A stretch of 64,000 bases of DNA, taken from assembly GCA_000320545.1 (NCBI GenBank), contig ADNK01002058.1, forward strand, positions 174,244 to 238,243, read 5' to 3'. Position 1 is the first letter of the stretch. Every line of letters begins with the position of its first letter. A program made the translations under genes and the position numbers. Source of the DNA: Bigelowiella natans CCMP2755. Its lineage: Eukaryota > Protista > Cercozoa. Shown here in pieces: positions 1 to 11,961 of the stretch. Under the pieces are notes generated by a model that saw nothing but the letters and a program-made list of their open reading frames with translations, was not told where the DNA came from and made no database searches.

Positions 1-23
1 CCATGGTGATACTCATAATTTAG

Positions 24-340
24 TAGCTGCTGAACTAGCACAAGAAAAAGAAACTGTCCGTCTTGCACACACAATCATGAATGATGTAGTTAAAAGAAAC
101 AAAAGTAGAGAGGTAGATGACAGCCCAAAATCGTACTCATTGCTAAATTCTGGAAGACACGAGTCGATGCTACAAGAGAGAAAAGATGGTAGTGATCCTG
201 GTGGGAAAATCTCTTCCAACGCCAAAGTCATCGATGAGGTTCTTGAATTTGCCATTTCTTCGGAGGTCGCCATTGCCCAAATTTCCGCTCATCGGGATGC
301 TTTGCTACGAATCAAACATTCAATACACTCACGGCCATGA
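24..340 (+). CDS. Probable terminal exon of a gene entering from the left edge, unknown product
   Basis: Acceptor-like TTTAG at 19-23, then an open frame (..AAELAQEKETVRLAHTIMNDVVK..HSIHSRP*) with protein-like composition to the stop at 340. No recognisable motif. Confidence 0.45.
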
Positions 341-499
341 TGAGTGATATAGTGAAATGAGAGTAAATGTTGTGAGGTGATGTCAATGTACACTGAAGAG
401 CTGTCATGGAGGACATGGTTAACGAATGACCAACTATGGTCGCCAATGTGCACAAAGGATGATGTCTGGACATTGCATGAAGTCGTGGACACAATCTAG

Positions 500-1030
500 A
501 CAATGTGCGGCTACATTAGGAGGACTGTTCCAAAAATGTAATCTTTCCGTCACATCCGTATCATAATGCTTAGAATGTGCATATCATGTCACGTTGTGTT
601 TGTAGTTGAATCCTGCACTTGCACATCTCCACGTACTGCTGAACACGCTGACATTCGCGAGATGAAATATCCAGAGTATATCTTTTTTTCATCCATGCAA
701 CATGTGACAAAGGAAACAAATAATTACAATTTAAGCGCTGTGGCCGCTGCATTGCATAGCTACATTAAGATGACATTTGAAAAAAAATAAACATTCCATT
801 ACATCCGTCTTATGTCTAGAAAAGAGCTCGCACTGCTGTGCGCAAAGCACGGCACAGCCGACAAGTATACAAGATTGCAATGCTTTCACATGCGATGCAT
901 GCAACATGTGACACAAGAAACAAACAGATACTACTTACTATGAGCGTTGTAGCCGCTGCTCTGCACAGCTATGCATTAGGATGACTACCGAAACAATTTG
1001 AACATTTCATTGCATGCATCCGTCTCATAT
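500..1030. repeat. Degenerate dispersed repeat, about 110-130 bp, at least 3 copies
   Basis: catgcaacatgtgaca..gaaacaaa..gccgctgc..gc(a/t)agcta..gatgac..catccgtc at about 694-815 and 898-1033. Partial copies at about 505-565 and 4520-4625. Confidence 0.6.
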
Positions 1031-1559
1031 GTCATGTCGATATATAATATATATATTGTATTGCTGTGTCTATTATTCCCCTCGTCATTCAGCGAGTGGA
1101 ACATCAACTACCGATTACAGCCTTGTTGCGTGCAGGAATTTCTAGCAGAATGCATGGCGCTTCCCCACGTGCCATTCTCACCACTCTCATTCAAAGTTTC
1201 ACAGAATACTGCAAAATCATCAGTCGACAACAAAATCACAAAGCAGATGCATCTAGGCATGTGCATTCGCATGCGTGCAAATTGCAGCTTGGCACCATAC
1301 ATTTTGATGCGATGCAGTCATGCAAAACTTTTGTTAATTTTTTTTTGTTCGATTCACCCGGGGCGCGGATGCAGCTGGTCTAATGGTGATGCAATCACCC
1401 TACTCGACAGAGCCGGTTAGTACCATGTGAGAGACAATTAGAAATTTGATCTCTGAATTCGAATTTTGAAACAGTAACTGCATGACTAGCACAGCTAAAT
1501 ATACTACGATGCATGTCCATCATCACAATGCACAATGCATGTTCCAACTTCAGACGCAA

Positions 1560-3002
1560 TCAATCCCGAGGTTCCCTCGATCTACCTCTCCTTTCTGCTG
1601 GCTTTTCTTTTCCTTCGTCCCTCACCGGCACATTCTTTGGAAGTGGCGCTGGGGGCAGCTCGAAGATTGCCGCAACTGGCAAATGGTCAGAGCCATGCTC
1701 CGAGTTGGGTATTCCTTCTTTCAGCATTTTCTCGCGACTTTTGCTATCATATGGCATCCTCAACGCCTTCAGTGTCAATCCATCCGAACCTGCAGAGTGA
1801 AAGATGAAATCTAGTGCAAAATCTTCCATTCCAGGCCGCTCCAAATCAGTGTCGGCTACCCATGTGAACGGGCGGTCTAGCTTGCTTGTTTCCGTGACTG
1901 AAGCATGTGCATCGTGGAGCTTCCCAACATGCTCAGATTTGAACTCAAACTTGCGTGGCTGGGGCCCAAAACCTTTTTCCCACATGTCTTTGGTCATTCC
2001 ACCATTTGTCAATAATGCATAGAATGGCTCGTTAAATGAAGCGTTCATGTCGCCGCATACCAAGCACAGCGCCCGAGGCCCCTTCTCCTTGCCATCACCC
2101 TCATCTAATTTCCGAAGCTCTTTCTTAGCCTCTTTTTTCAACAACTCCTTTTTACCGCCCCCCTCATTCCTTTGTTCCTTATTTGCCCCATGCATTTTCT
2201 CAAAAGCTGTGAACTCTCGTGCTCGCATCAAACTCGACGGTTCTCGACCAAGCATCGGTGGACGATCTGGTGAACTTGCCCTGTCTCCTCGACCAAGCCG
2301 CGGTGGACGATGTGAGGAGTTCACATGATGTCGTCCCGCTGGACTTGGAGACCTTGAAATTTCCTTGCTCTTACTCCGAGATTTGGATCTCTTGTCTGAC
2401 TTTTTTTTCCTGGGGTTCAACTTTTTCCAGCGCTGATCCATGCATTTCAGAGTTTTGAGTGCCTGAGAAAACCGTTGCCCCATCTTATCGTCACCGCCAG
2501 CCTGGAGATGTGCGCTTGCTACCATGATGCGTTGACCCGTTGTCTTCAACACTAACTCAGCGATGACTGTTCTAGATCTTGGGTCTTGGTGAACCAAGTT
2601 AAACCTGTCTGTCTTGTAAAAGATCAGCGGCTTGGTGAAGTCACAATCCTTCTTTCCTTTCCATTTTGCGTGGACGTATGCGTATCCCAGTTTCACCAAA
2701 CGCTTAGCATAATCATCCTCAAGACTACGAAGCTCAACTTCCTGTAGGCAGAGGATGTCAGCCTCAAGAGAATCGATCAAATCGAGTACTATGCCATGTC
2801 TGTGCTCCCAACTGCGATACTTCTTGTTAACCCAATTAGCCCACTCGAATGTGAAGTTGCGGCGCAATGTGTTAAATGTTACAACGCTGATGTAACCATG
2901 CTTCGATGCAGCAAGCTGAGGAGGCCATGATGACGGATCACACAGCTGGACGTTGGATGGTTGGGTTTGTTTCGCGGCCTCCATCGTCGAACTCGGCTCC
3001 AT
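1560..3002 (-). CDS. Endonuclease/exonuclease/phosphatase (EEP) family protein, CCR4/nocturnin/Angel-like, intronless
   Basis: All EEP motifs in order: VVTFNTL, DILCLQEVE, SAHLQAG, CGDMNA, LDFIFH, GSDHLPVAAIF. Confidence 0.88.
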   Translation of the reverse strand: MEPSSTMEAAKQTQPSNVQLCDPSSWPPQLAASKHGYISVVTFNTLRRNFTFEWANWVNKKYRSWEHRHGIVLDLIDSLEADILCLQEVELRSLEDDYAKRLVKLGYAYVHAKWKGKKDCDFTKPLIFYKTDRFNLVHQDPRSRTVIAELVLKTTGQRIMVASAHLQAGGDDKMGQRFSQALKTLKCMDQRWKKLNPRKKKSDKRSKSRSKSKEISRSPSPAGRHHVNSSHRPPRLGRGDRASSPDRPPMLGREPSSLMRAREFTAFEKMHGANKEQRNEGGGKKELLKKEAKKELRKLDEGDGKEKGPRALCLVCGDMNASFNEPFYALLTNGGMTKDMWEKGFGPQPRKFEFKSEHVGKLHDAHASVTETSKLDRPFTWVADTDLERPGMEDFALDFIFHSAGSDGLTLKALRMPYDSKSREKMLKEGIPNSEHGSDHLPVAAIFELPPAPLPKNVPVRDEGKEKPAERRGRSREPRD

Positions 3003-3061
3003 TGTTTTGAAGGTTGAGCAGCAGCTATCCGTAAGTTGAAATATCCAACATCCATCTTGAT

Positions 3062-3125
3062 GTTGTTGTAACTGTTGTAAGTGTTGTAACTGTTGTAAGT
3101 GTTGTAAGTGTTGTAAGTGCTGTTG
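3062..3125. repeat. 9-bp tandem repeat (tgttgtaa[g/c])n in the EEP/NDUFAF3 divergent intergenic region
   Basis: Directly visible tandem units. Confidence 0.7.
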
Positions 3126-3307
3126 TTGGTTGTAATAAATGATGATTGACTATGATGACAGGAGATCATCAGAGATCATGAGAGATTACGAGGAGAGGTT
3201 GAGGTTCTCTCTCTCTCTCTCACCCATTCACTCTCATTACAACGCTCCTGACACAGGACCCGTGCTCCTCACCACACATCGTATTTATTTGTACTATTGG
3301 CTCAAAG

Positions 3308-4213
3308 ATGTTAGCTGGATGGGTTAGGGGGACAAGGGCAGGGATAGTAAAAAGCATAAAAAACACAACCATCCGAAGTCAATATGTTCGGCCTCATCGC
3401 TTCCACTTCTCCATGCTAACAATCCCGGAGAAACCTCCTATGTCCACGCTGGATGATTGGAAAACTCACTTCCAAGGATTCACGGAGAAATACTTTATTG
3501 TCAATGGGTAATTGAATCACCATGTAGTTGGAGTGAATATGTGTTTAGTTATATGATTCAATATGGATTACATCGTCTGCAATCTTAGGTACATGATGGC
3601 AGGGTCAATAGCCGCTTTTCCAAATATGATTACATATTGGGATGTAAAATCTGTTGATGATATAACGCCAGATAAATTGAAATTTATCGAAAAAATATCA
3701 GACCTCGGTTGTACCAAATACCTGTGAAACATATGCATGTGTATTCTTTTTGCACAGACATAGATGTATAAACATGCATGTATGCATCTCGTTACGCATG
3801 TATCCCTTTGCTTGTGATGGTATCATTGCAACAGCCGTAAAAATAAGTTCTTATTCATGCATAGTAAAAACCTCACCAGTTACGCATGCTCGTTTTTAAT
3901 TGGTAGAGGTTCTAATCATCGGCACTGGGAAAAGGACCAAAATGCTACCTATGGAAACTATTCAATGGCTACGGAAGAAACGGATAGGATTTGAAATGGT
4001 TCCCTCGGTAACAACGACATTAACGACACATGTAAATGGCATACTTTCGGTTTGAAAATTTCTACACATACAAATACTTTAAAAACGGCACAACTACTCA
4101 TAAGTTTCTGTTCCAATGTTCAGGGGACTGCTTGTGCAACTTTCAATTTCATGTGTGAAGAAAATCGAGAAATTGCTGCTTTGATTCTTCCTTTGTCGTA
4201 CAACGATATGTGA
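3308..4213 (+). CDS. NDUFAF3: Complex I assembly factor NDUFAF3 (Mth938/DUF498 domain), mitochondrion-targeted, 4 exons
   Basis: Spliced product MLAGWVRGTRAG..FQGFTEKYFIVNG|YMMAGSIAAFPNMITYWDVKSVDDIT..|EVLIIGTGKR..LRKKRIGFEMVPS|GTACATFNFMCEENREIAALILP has the family motifs IIGTG and ACATFNF..E.R. GT-AG introns; basic presequence. Confidence 0.9.
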
Positions 4214-4930
4214 TGTGATGACCATCAAGAAGTTTCAACGGCTAAGACATGGCGAAAATATTGAATCGCACAACATCGATCTATGTCTCTAGAAATGGAG
4301 ATGGGCCACCTTGCAAGCATTGCTATTGATATGTGCCTGTGGCTATGCTATAGCTATGAACGTTGTAGTACACACATGCACAACACATCGTGAGCCAACA
4401 CAAACCAACAGGGGAACGGCTCTGTGCCATGTGCACAGAAGCAGAAGATGATGGAGTTCTCGGCATAGCAGCTCTTAAAATAAAAATAAATGCGTTGCTA
4501 CGATACGGCTGCGTTCTAGGTGCGCTGCAGCCGCTGGCTTTGCACAGCTATGTGCACCAGAATCATGTGATGACCTTTGAAAAAGTGTGATCATTTCGTC
4601 AATGCCTAGATTGCATCCGTTCCACATGCTAGCATATAAGCATGTGCACAATGATGCGGATGTCGGCTGCGCAGCAATGCTAGAATGCGCATGCATGTAG
4701 CTGCACAGTGCACGCCGCCCGTATACGTAGCTGGTCATGCGTTGTTGGCATATGACAGACACGATACGCGTAGTTTTGATACTGTTTTGTCGATATTACA
4801 TTCGCATCATCGCAGTACAGCTATATCTTGGTGTTACTAAAACTATTGAGAATGATTAACAGAGTAGCATTTATTCATATTTTTAATATTTCTCTGAGTG
4901 TGAGTACCACACACTTCTTATGAAGTAAAT

Positions 4931-4972
<42 letters not shown>

Positions 4973-5018
4973 GAGAGAGGAAGCTCTAGAGAGGTATATA
5001 AAGAGGTAGATAAAGATC

Positions 5019-8000
5019 TTAAATGAACTTTCGCACGTTCTTCTCATCAATATCCAGCACTTTGGGAGGAGCGGGTCCCGAAGACCATGCCTTATCCGAT
5101 TTGATGTACTTTCTTACCTCCCGTCGCCATATTTCACGGGCCGCATCGCACGCAAAATGAATGACATACTGAAAAAAATAGTAGTGGTATTGAGAGTGAG
5201 AAACTTAAAGTCAAGAATGTTATAAGATTTTACTGTTAGTTAGAAGAGGAGGCAACATTATGATGATGGAATAGTTTATTGTACCTGATCAATGTAGCCA
5301 TTCTTTTTGTATTTTAGAGTAACGCGCGGCTGTGCCGAATCTGAGAATTCAAACGCATATATATTCTTTAGCTCGTAGACTGAGGGGTCCGTGTAGAAAT
5401 CCTTCGGTTTGCCGTCCTCAGAATTCGTGGTCGGTTTCCAAGAATCGTTTCGGCTACATGCAATAATGTACTGTTCCGGTTGCCCACAATGGACCCAAAT
5501 TAGCACTCTTCTGGGCGGGTTTGTCTGATTTGCGAGACCAAATCTTGCATCTGTATGACAAATGATGGTTCCGCGTGTCATCCTGCTATTCACCCGTTGC
5601 AATGAGTTGAATAAATAATATTGGGCTTTCTTGAAGAATGTGTCGCCTTTTTCATCATCAGTCTTTTTCAATTTCGCGTCTTCGGCAGAGTGGACAAAAT
5701 CTGTGCGCGGTCGATCCGTTAAAGGCTCATCCAAGTCATCACGACAGTATCGAGCGAACACATTCACCAGTCCGTCGACTACACCAAGCTCCATATGATT
5801 AAAGATTTCCACCACATTCGTGACTGTTACTGTTGCGAACATTTGATCTCCATCTGCATGATAGATTCCTCGAATAGCCTTGTAACTGCGCTCTTCAAGC
5901 CTTGTGAAGTAGTCCCAGTCGCCCCTGAGATTATCTACCTTGGAATCTGTTAAGAAACGGAGACGGTCAGGGATTGCACTGCTAGAGAGGAAATATCGTT
6001 CTCCAGTAAGGACTAGTAAGCGGTATCTTCCGTCTACAAGAATCACTGCTAGCTCCTCAATAACTTCAGCTTCTTCTCCGCTGCCTTTGAAAACTCCCTG
6101 AGCAATCATCCTTCCCTGTAACTCAATGCGGAGTTTCGACCAACCTGCAGCTTTCATTACGTCAAGGATAAAGGACTGCCGCAATCCAACGACAGCCTTC
6201 ACACTACCTGTGGTGTAGTCACGGAAGAATCTATATTTGAATTTCTCATCAAAATTTAATAGTTCAGCCAGAATCGTTACGCAATTAATCCTCATTTGAT
6301 CCAAATACTTCCTTCTGTACGTAGCTTTCTCGCGATAATTGTACTGTTTTAAGTATCCTTCAATTGGGGCGTATCCAGTGACACTCACCTCTGTGTCGTA
6401 CTGCAAAAAGGAGACGATAACATCGAATAGCTTGCTATTATTTGTGAACATATTCTTAATTGCAGCTCGGCGGCAGTGATTGTTGCCTCGAAGAATGGGA
6501 GCTTTTTTCCCCTCAAAGAAGTTTAAGGATGCGATTTCCCTAACCAGTTCCACAATCGTAGCTGTAGACTCACATAACATCTTCTCGTCAAACCACCCGA
6601 GTCGACGGGATGCTTCAGGGTCAAAATTTTTCAAATCAAAGTCCCGGGAAGCTATGAGCCTTTTCATCTTATCCATCACATCAAGTACCATTTGGCTAAG
6701 GATTTCGTAAAATTCGATAGCTTTAAGACATAATTTGTGGCCACGCGCATTAATGTCTGTAAGTTCCTGTGTAAGCACTAGGAACTTCATCGCGGCCCCA
6801 TAGTTATAAGGAGAACGTTTAAACACACTGCGATCTATGCCGTAATCAAATGACTTCATGGTCTGGATAATTGGATAGATGATCTTCGAAACTCTCAACT
6901 TTTCTTGTGTCTTCTCTCGAATTCGAGTGCTGCTTTTTGTGATTAAAACATAAAACGCGCGGATTAGTGCTGCAGTGATTGCATGAAGGTGCTCCTCCTT
7001 ATCTGCTTGTTTCTCGGCAATTATGGAAGCACGTTTCTCGCTTTTCTGGGTCTCCAAGTGTTTTTCCGTGGCTTGCTTTTGGGTTGCTTTCTTATAATAC
7101 GTAAGATTATCAACCATAGCGACTTGATCCTTTGGAATTCGACCTGCCTCCATATCTCCACTTCCGGTGGGTTTAAATAGCTTCCTCGGCCCTCGATGGA
7201 ACATATAATCCTCAGAAGCATGCGGATTTGGACGGAATACGGATTGGTGTTTCACTGCATAAGGTTCTTGGAAAGGGTTCATAGTTTGAATTGAAAGCGT
7301 ATTCTCCTCCTTAGAATATACTAAGAACTGATTCCATGCAGGGGTTCCTGTGTCATTTCTATCGGTCAAAATCATCTTCAAGGCGTCTGCGTAGTCCACA
7401 TCATTCGCCATGTCTCCACCCATTAACGGATTGATGAATGTACGTTGGAGAACTTGGTTGAAACTCAGGTGTGACTCAGGAAGGGTCGGCCCGTCTAACG
7501 TCGGCTTATCATTGTTGAGCAGAAGCATTAGTTCCGTACCGAACTGCTGGGATTTTAGAAGATCCCGTGTCGGAGAGAAAGGTATATCGTTTGCTTGCGT
7601 CTTTGAAGCAAATTGAGTTAAGGTTTCGATTCCCTTTAAGTCTAGGAAGTCGCTATGTGCTGTATTCTCCTGCCAAATATTAACGTTTAGATTCCACATT
7701 CGAAGACAACTGCGGATGATGTCCTTCTGGTAGGGAAGATAGAATTCTCCTTCGCTATGTGATATTGGGTCTCTCTTGGAATCTTTTTGGTCTCCCCGCT
7801 CTTTAACAATTTCACTAAGCTTTGCTCTGCTGAATCGAGGGTGCATTTTATCTCCCTTCTGAATCAAATCCGACGAGAACATTCCAACTTCCTCCTCGTG
7901 TAAAAGAGCAATACACGTTGTGTACTTTCTTAAATACATTTGATGCGAAAATTCCGACATGAGTTCATTCACGTATTTGACATCATTGGAGCGGTCTGGA

Positions 8001-11000
8001 TGCACAAAAACATAATACATTTCCCCGGCAAGCTCTGGTATAGAGTCGGGATCAAGAATCTGTTTTGTTTCAGACCGAACCTTTCCACCGATTACCATAG
8101 ATTCAATTGCTTTGCCGCCATTTGACTTCACTTCATTTCCACATCGGAGGAGGAAGACGCATTCACTACTATTTTTGCAAGCTTGCAAATCCGTCAGAAC
8201 TTTTTCTTTGGTTTGGCGAAAATCAGTATTGAGGGGCTGTCCTTGTAGGAACCCTCCCATTACACGATACATTAGACTCCATAAATTTTCCCATACATCT
8301 GATGTCTCTGGTTTGTAATCCTCCGGCCTAATGGTTTCTCTTGCACTCTCATTCTCTTCGTCTACAAGTTCAATTGTTTCCAATTCTTTTGTTACTTTGA
8401 TTTCAGTACCATTGCGGCAGTCATCCCAGATCTCAAAGGAACCAGTCTCATCATTGGAAAGCTTCATTAGCTCATCGACAAGCTTCTGAGATTGTCCGTC
8501 CTTTCTAATCACTTTATCGTCGTGGAGGTTAGCGCCCTGCAGCACATTTGCAATTTGATGAATAACTCTGAACGCAACGATATCCCTCAGTCCTGTAGAC
8601 TTCCCTAAGACTTTGACACAATGGAGGAGGTTGCCAATATCTCCTCCGGCCCAAGTTTGTTCCAAAAATATGGGCTTCCATCTAAGCAATTGCTCTGGCG
8701 TGGCGTGAAGTACCAGGTTTTGTTCTACCAGGAGAACTCGCGAGAGGGATGTTTTTGCGACCTCTGATGTCATCCCCTCACGAATATCAGTGTATTTCCA
8801 CGCAATCATTAGAAACTTGACACACGCGCTCATGAATCCACGTTTGTCTTGGTCGAGATATTTGACATCGTTTGGACCTGTGACCTCTGTCGCAGCCTTG
8901 ATACATAGGTCCAGACAAGTTGCGACAACCTCTGATGCATAAAGTTTTCGAAAACCGTCTGCAACCCTCGTAACCAAGGGACTATCACCCACCTTGTTTC
9001 CAGCCATAGCTAGACGGGCAAGAAGGAATAAAATGTGAGTTACGACTTTATACGCGTTATCTATTCCTGCCGCAGCCATTTGTGACAAGGCTGTCACTAC
9101 GCGGCGAATTTCTTGCTTTTCGAACTGCTCAAGAGGGACAGTTGCGAGGCATTTTGCAGCAGCAAGGACAACTGCACTTGTAAATAGAGGAGAGTTTCCG
9201 CAATTTTCTAGCACATTGAAGAGGACCAGCTCACGATCATAGCCCTTAACATCCCCTATATTGAGCTTAGCTGCCACACTGTTAATTCCACTACCCTTTT
9301 CACAGAGTGACTTGGATAGTTGCGATATTTTTTTCATTTGTTTAGCTTTTACGAATGAGATATGGTTTTCATGCTGCATGTAGATCTCATTATAAAATCG
9401 CATGATGGAGATACACATTATGAGAGCTTCCGAATCATCTTTTGTCACACTTGTTCTCTTTTTCTGCATGAGATTTTTGATGATATTTTGAAGTTTTTGA
9501 GCCAATTGATCCTCCATAATGTTGCGAAATTCCCACATGCGCGGAACATGGATGAAAATATTTAAAGTCTCCAACGTGGCAAGCACGACTGATCCATGCT
9601 GCCCGGTCGTCTGGGCTAACTTGAAAAATCGTTGCACGAATCGATTCACGTTCATGTTCAATCCCACACCTTTCAGTTTTCCTTTACACTTCTCGGCACG
9701 CATAAAAATAGCGTTAATACAGCGAATAAGAGCTGCTTGATATATTTGCTTCGCAGATTCGGAGGAATCTGAATTCTCTTCGCCCGTCTCCTGGCGAAAT
9801 TTTTCCAGTAGGCCCTCAAGATTCTTTTCGCAAGCATTCTTCGCAGCGTTAAATAAAGTTCGATCTCGAGGATCTCGCTGATTCTTTATGATGAATGAGC
9901 ACATCTTCAATTCCGCAGCCCTTTCAAAGTACTTATCGCTTGTTAGATTTCTTTCGTTGCGTCCGATTTCCATCATTTTTGAGATGTCGAGTTTTCTCAT
10001 GGCGTGTGCCATTAATCCTTGTTGTTCATCTTCATGGGCAGGGTCCGTAACACAAACGGAGATCAATGCGCAGATCTTTTCATATTGCTTGCGCAATCTC
10101 TCTTTCTCTGCCGGATTATGAGATTCCTTCGATTCCAATTTCCCTTGGCATTCAACGTAGCATTCGTACAATTGAGATGCAAACAATGGTTCCTTGTAAG
10201 ATTTTTTGGGTTCGTCAGGATACCTAACCTCCGTAACGTTTGTAATTTCTTGAACGATTGAGGTGCCTATAGTAGGATGGTTAAGAAGCTTCACCAGGAT
10301 TGGAGCAACTTTTGCCAGATGCCTGTACGAAAAACACAACTCTTTTAATTACTCTTAGCAACGAAATCAGAGTTTACAGCTTACGTTTTGTTCATTCTGA
10401 TCAGTACACCAGCATTATTTCCCAGTTTTCCCAATTTGCGGGTCCAGATGTATTTTGCATCCATGAAGACGTGACGAATGACATCAGGGACAATGGCTTT
10501 GATATTAAGCAACGACTCGGTAAGCTCTTGAAAACTTTTCAGTGCAGCCTCGCCTAATCCATCAGTCGTAAAGGTTAAACCCGTAGAAAATATGCGTGAA
10601 ATGCGTCAGATAGATAGATAAGCCACTCACCAAACCCATCGTATTCAATAGCGCAAAGCTCCGCAAGGAAGCTCAAGATGGCCGCCCTCTCGCTGAAAAT
10701 ATAATGAAGTTCAATATATTTCGATATTCAATCTGATAACTGAGAAACAACCTGTCATCTTCCTTCCTCTCGATCAAGAGAATCAGCTTTGCGAAGAATT
10801 CCTCCCTCACCTAGTTCCATAAGCTATATAAGTGAGAAAATTCAGGGAAAATTGTGCACTTATATACCGCTTTAGTGGTCTTGGTCAAATGCTTCGCATA
10901 GTTGGCGATCTTCCTATCATTATCTGCTTTTTTTTCCTTCAACACATCCACCAATGCTGCCACCCTTCTACTTGCTAGAGTAACTTGAGCCTGGGTAGTT

Positions 11001-11410
11001 GTAAATTATGATGTAATTTAACCGGAATTTAATTATCACTACGAAAAAATGCTTTTCTTGTTCAAATACCATTTCGAAGTGCTGAGTACATGTTCGATAG
11101 TAGTATTCCGGGAATTCTTCGATCCACTGCTGACAATTCAGGTTCCTCTTCATCCTGAAAAGAGAATAAGATGCAATTCAGGAGAGGGAAAACTTTTGAC
11201 AACAATATTGAGTATTAATCATTCTACTAGACTATTTTAAAACTTAAAGACCTGGAACCATGTAATACATAAGAAATAATGGTTTACTGTTAGAATGCTG
11301 TACATGGAGCGGCTTTGTGCGGAATATCTTGAAAGATAACTTTCCGTGTCAGAGCGCGAGGCGGTTCGCCCGCCTGTGGCTTGAGTTTTTATGTCCTGAA
11401 AACTGGACAT
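5019..11410 (-). CDS. Very large (about 1900 aa) protein of unknown function, helical/ARM-like N-terminal half and PH-like C-terminus
   Basis: One exon of about 5 kb (5285 to about 10320), an in-frame last exon 5019-5168 (YVIHFACDAAREIWRREVRKY..) and several short upstream exons (DEEEPELSAVDRRIPG; RVAALVDVLKEKK; ERAAILSFLAELC). The 5' end is tentative. Confidence 0.75.
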
Positions 11411-11961
11411 GGAAGGATTGCAGGAGAAGCTATCTGTTTTGGAGTGAAAGCTGTTCGCAAGGCCTCCAGGGCCGTGGTCTTGTTTTCGTGTCTCTGCTAC
11501 TACTTACGCTCCACTGCTTATCTTTCTCGTTACTCCATCAGGAATCCCCGAACACATTCTTTTAATCCCCTGCACAATCGAAGCAGGAACAAAATATATC
11601 ATGTCGCAATGTGTCAATGCATCCCGATATTTCCTTTCCTTTGGGATACGAGAGCAAAATTAGGAACATGGATTTCTTGACGACTTACGACTCCAAGATC
11701 TTTTGTAGATAAAAAGGAAAATGACATGGCATATTCCCTAGAAGACAACAACTGTCTGCATTTACTGATACAATATGAACAAAGCCACTAATGCACATGA
11801 AGTCCAGGAAGTCCGCTTGTTTTCATTGTGATTTTTGTCATGCGTCATACAGTTAGCACCAGAATTTAGGACGATTGTATTACATTTTGAGACAACTTTA
11901 CATTGTTGTCGCAGTATTAATTTAAGCTTCAATCCGAAGCGATTCCATCCTACTTTCGAAA

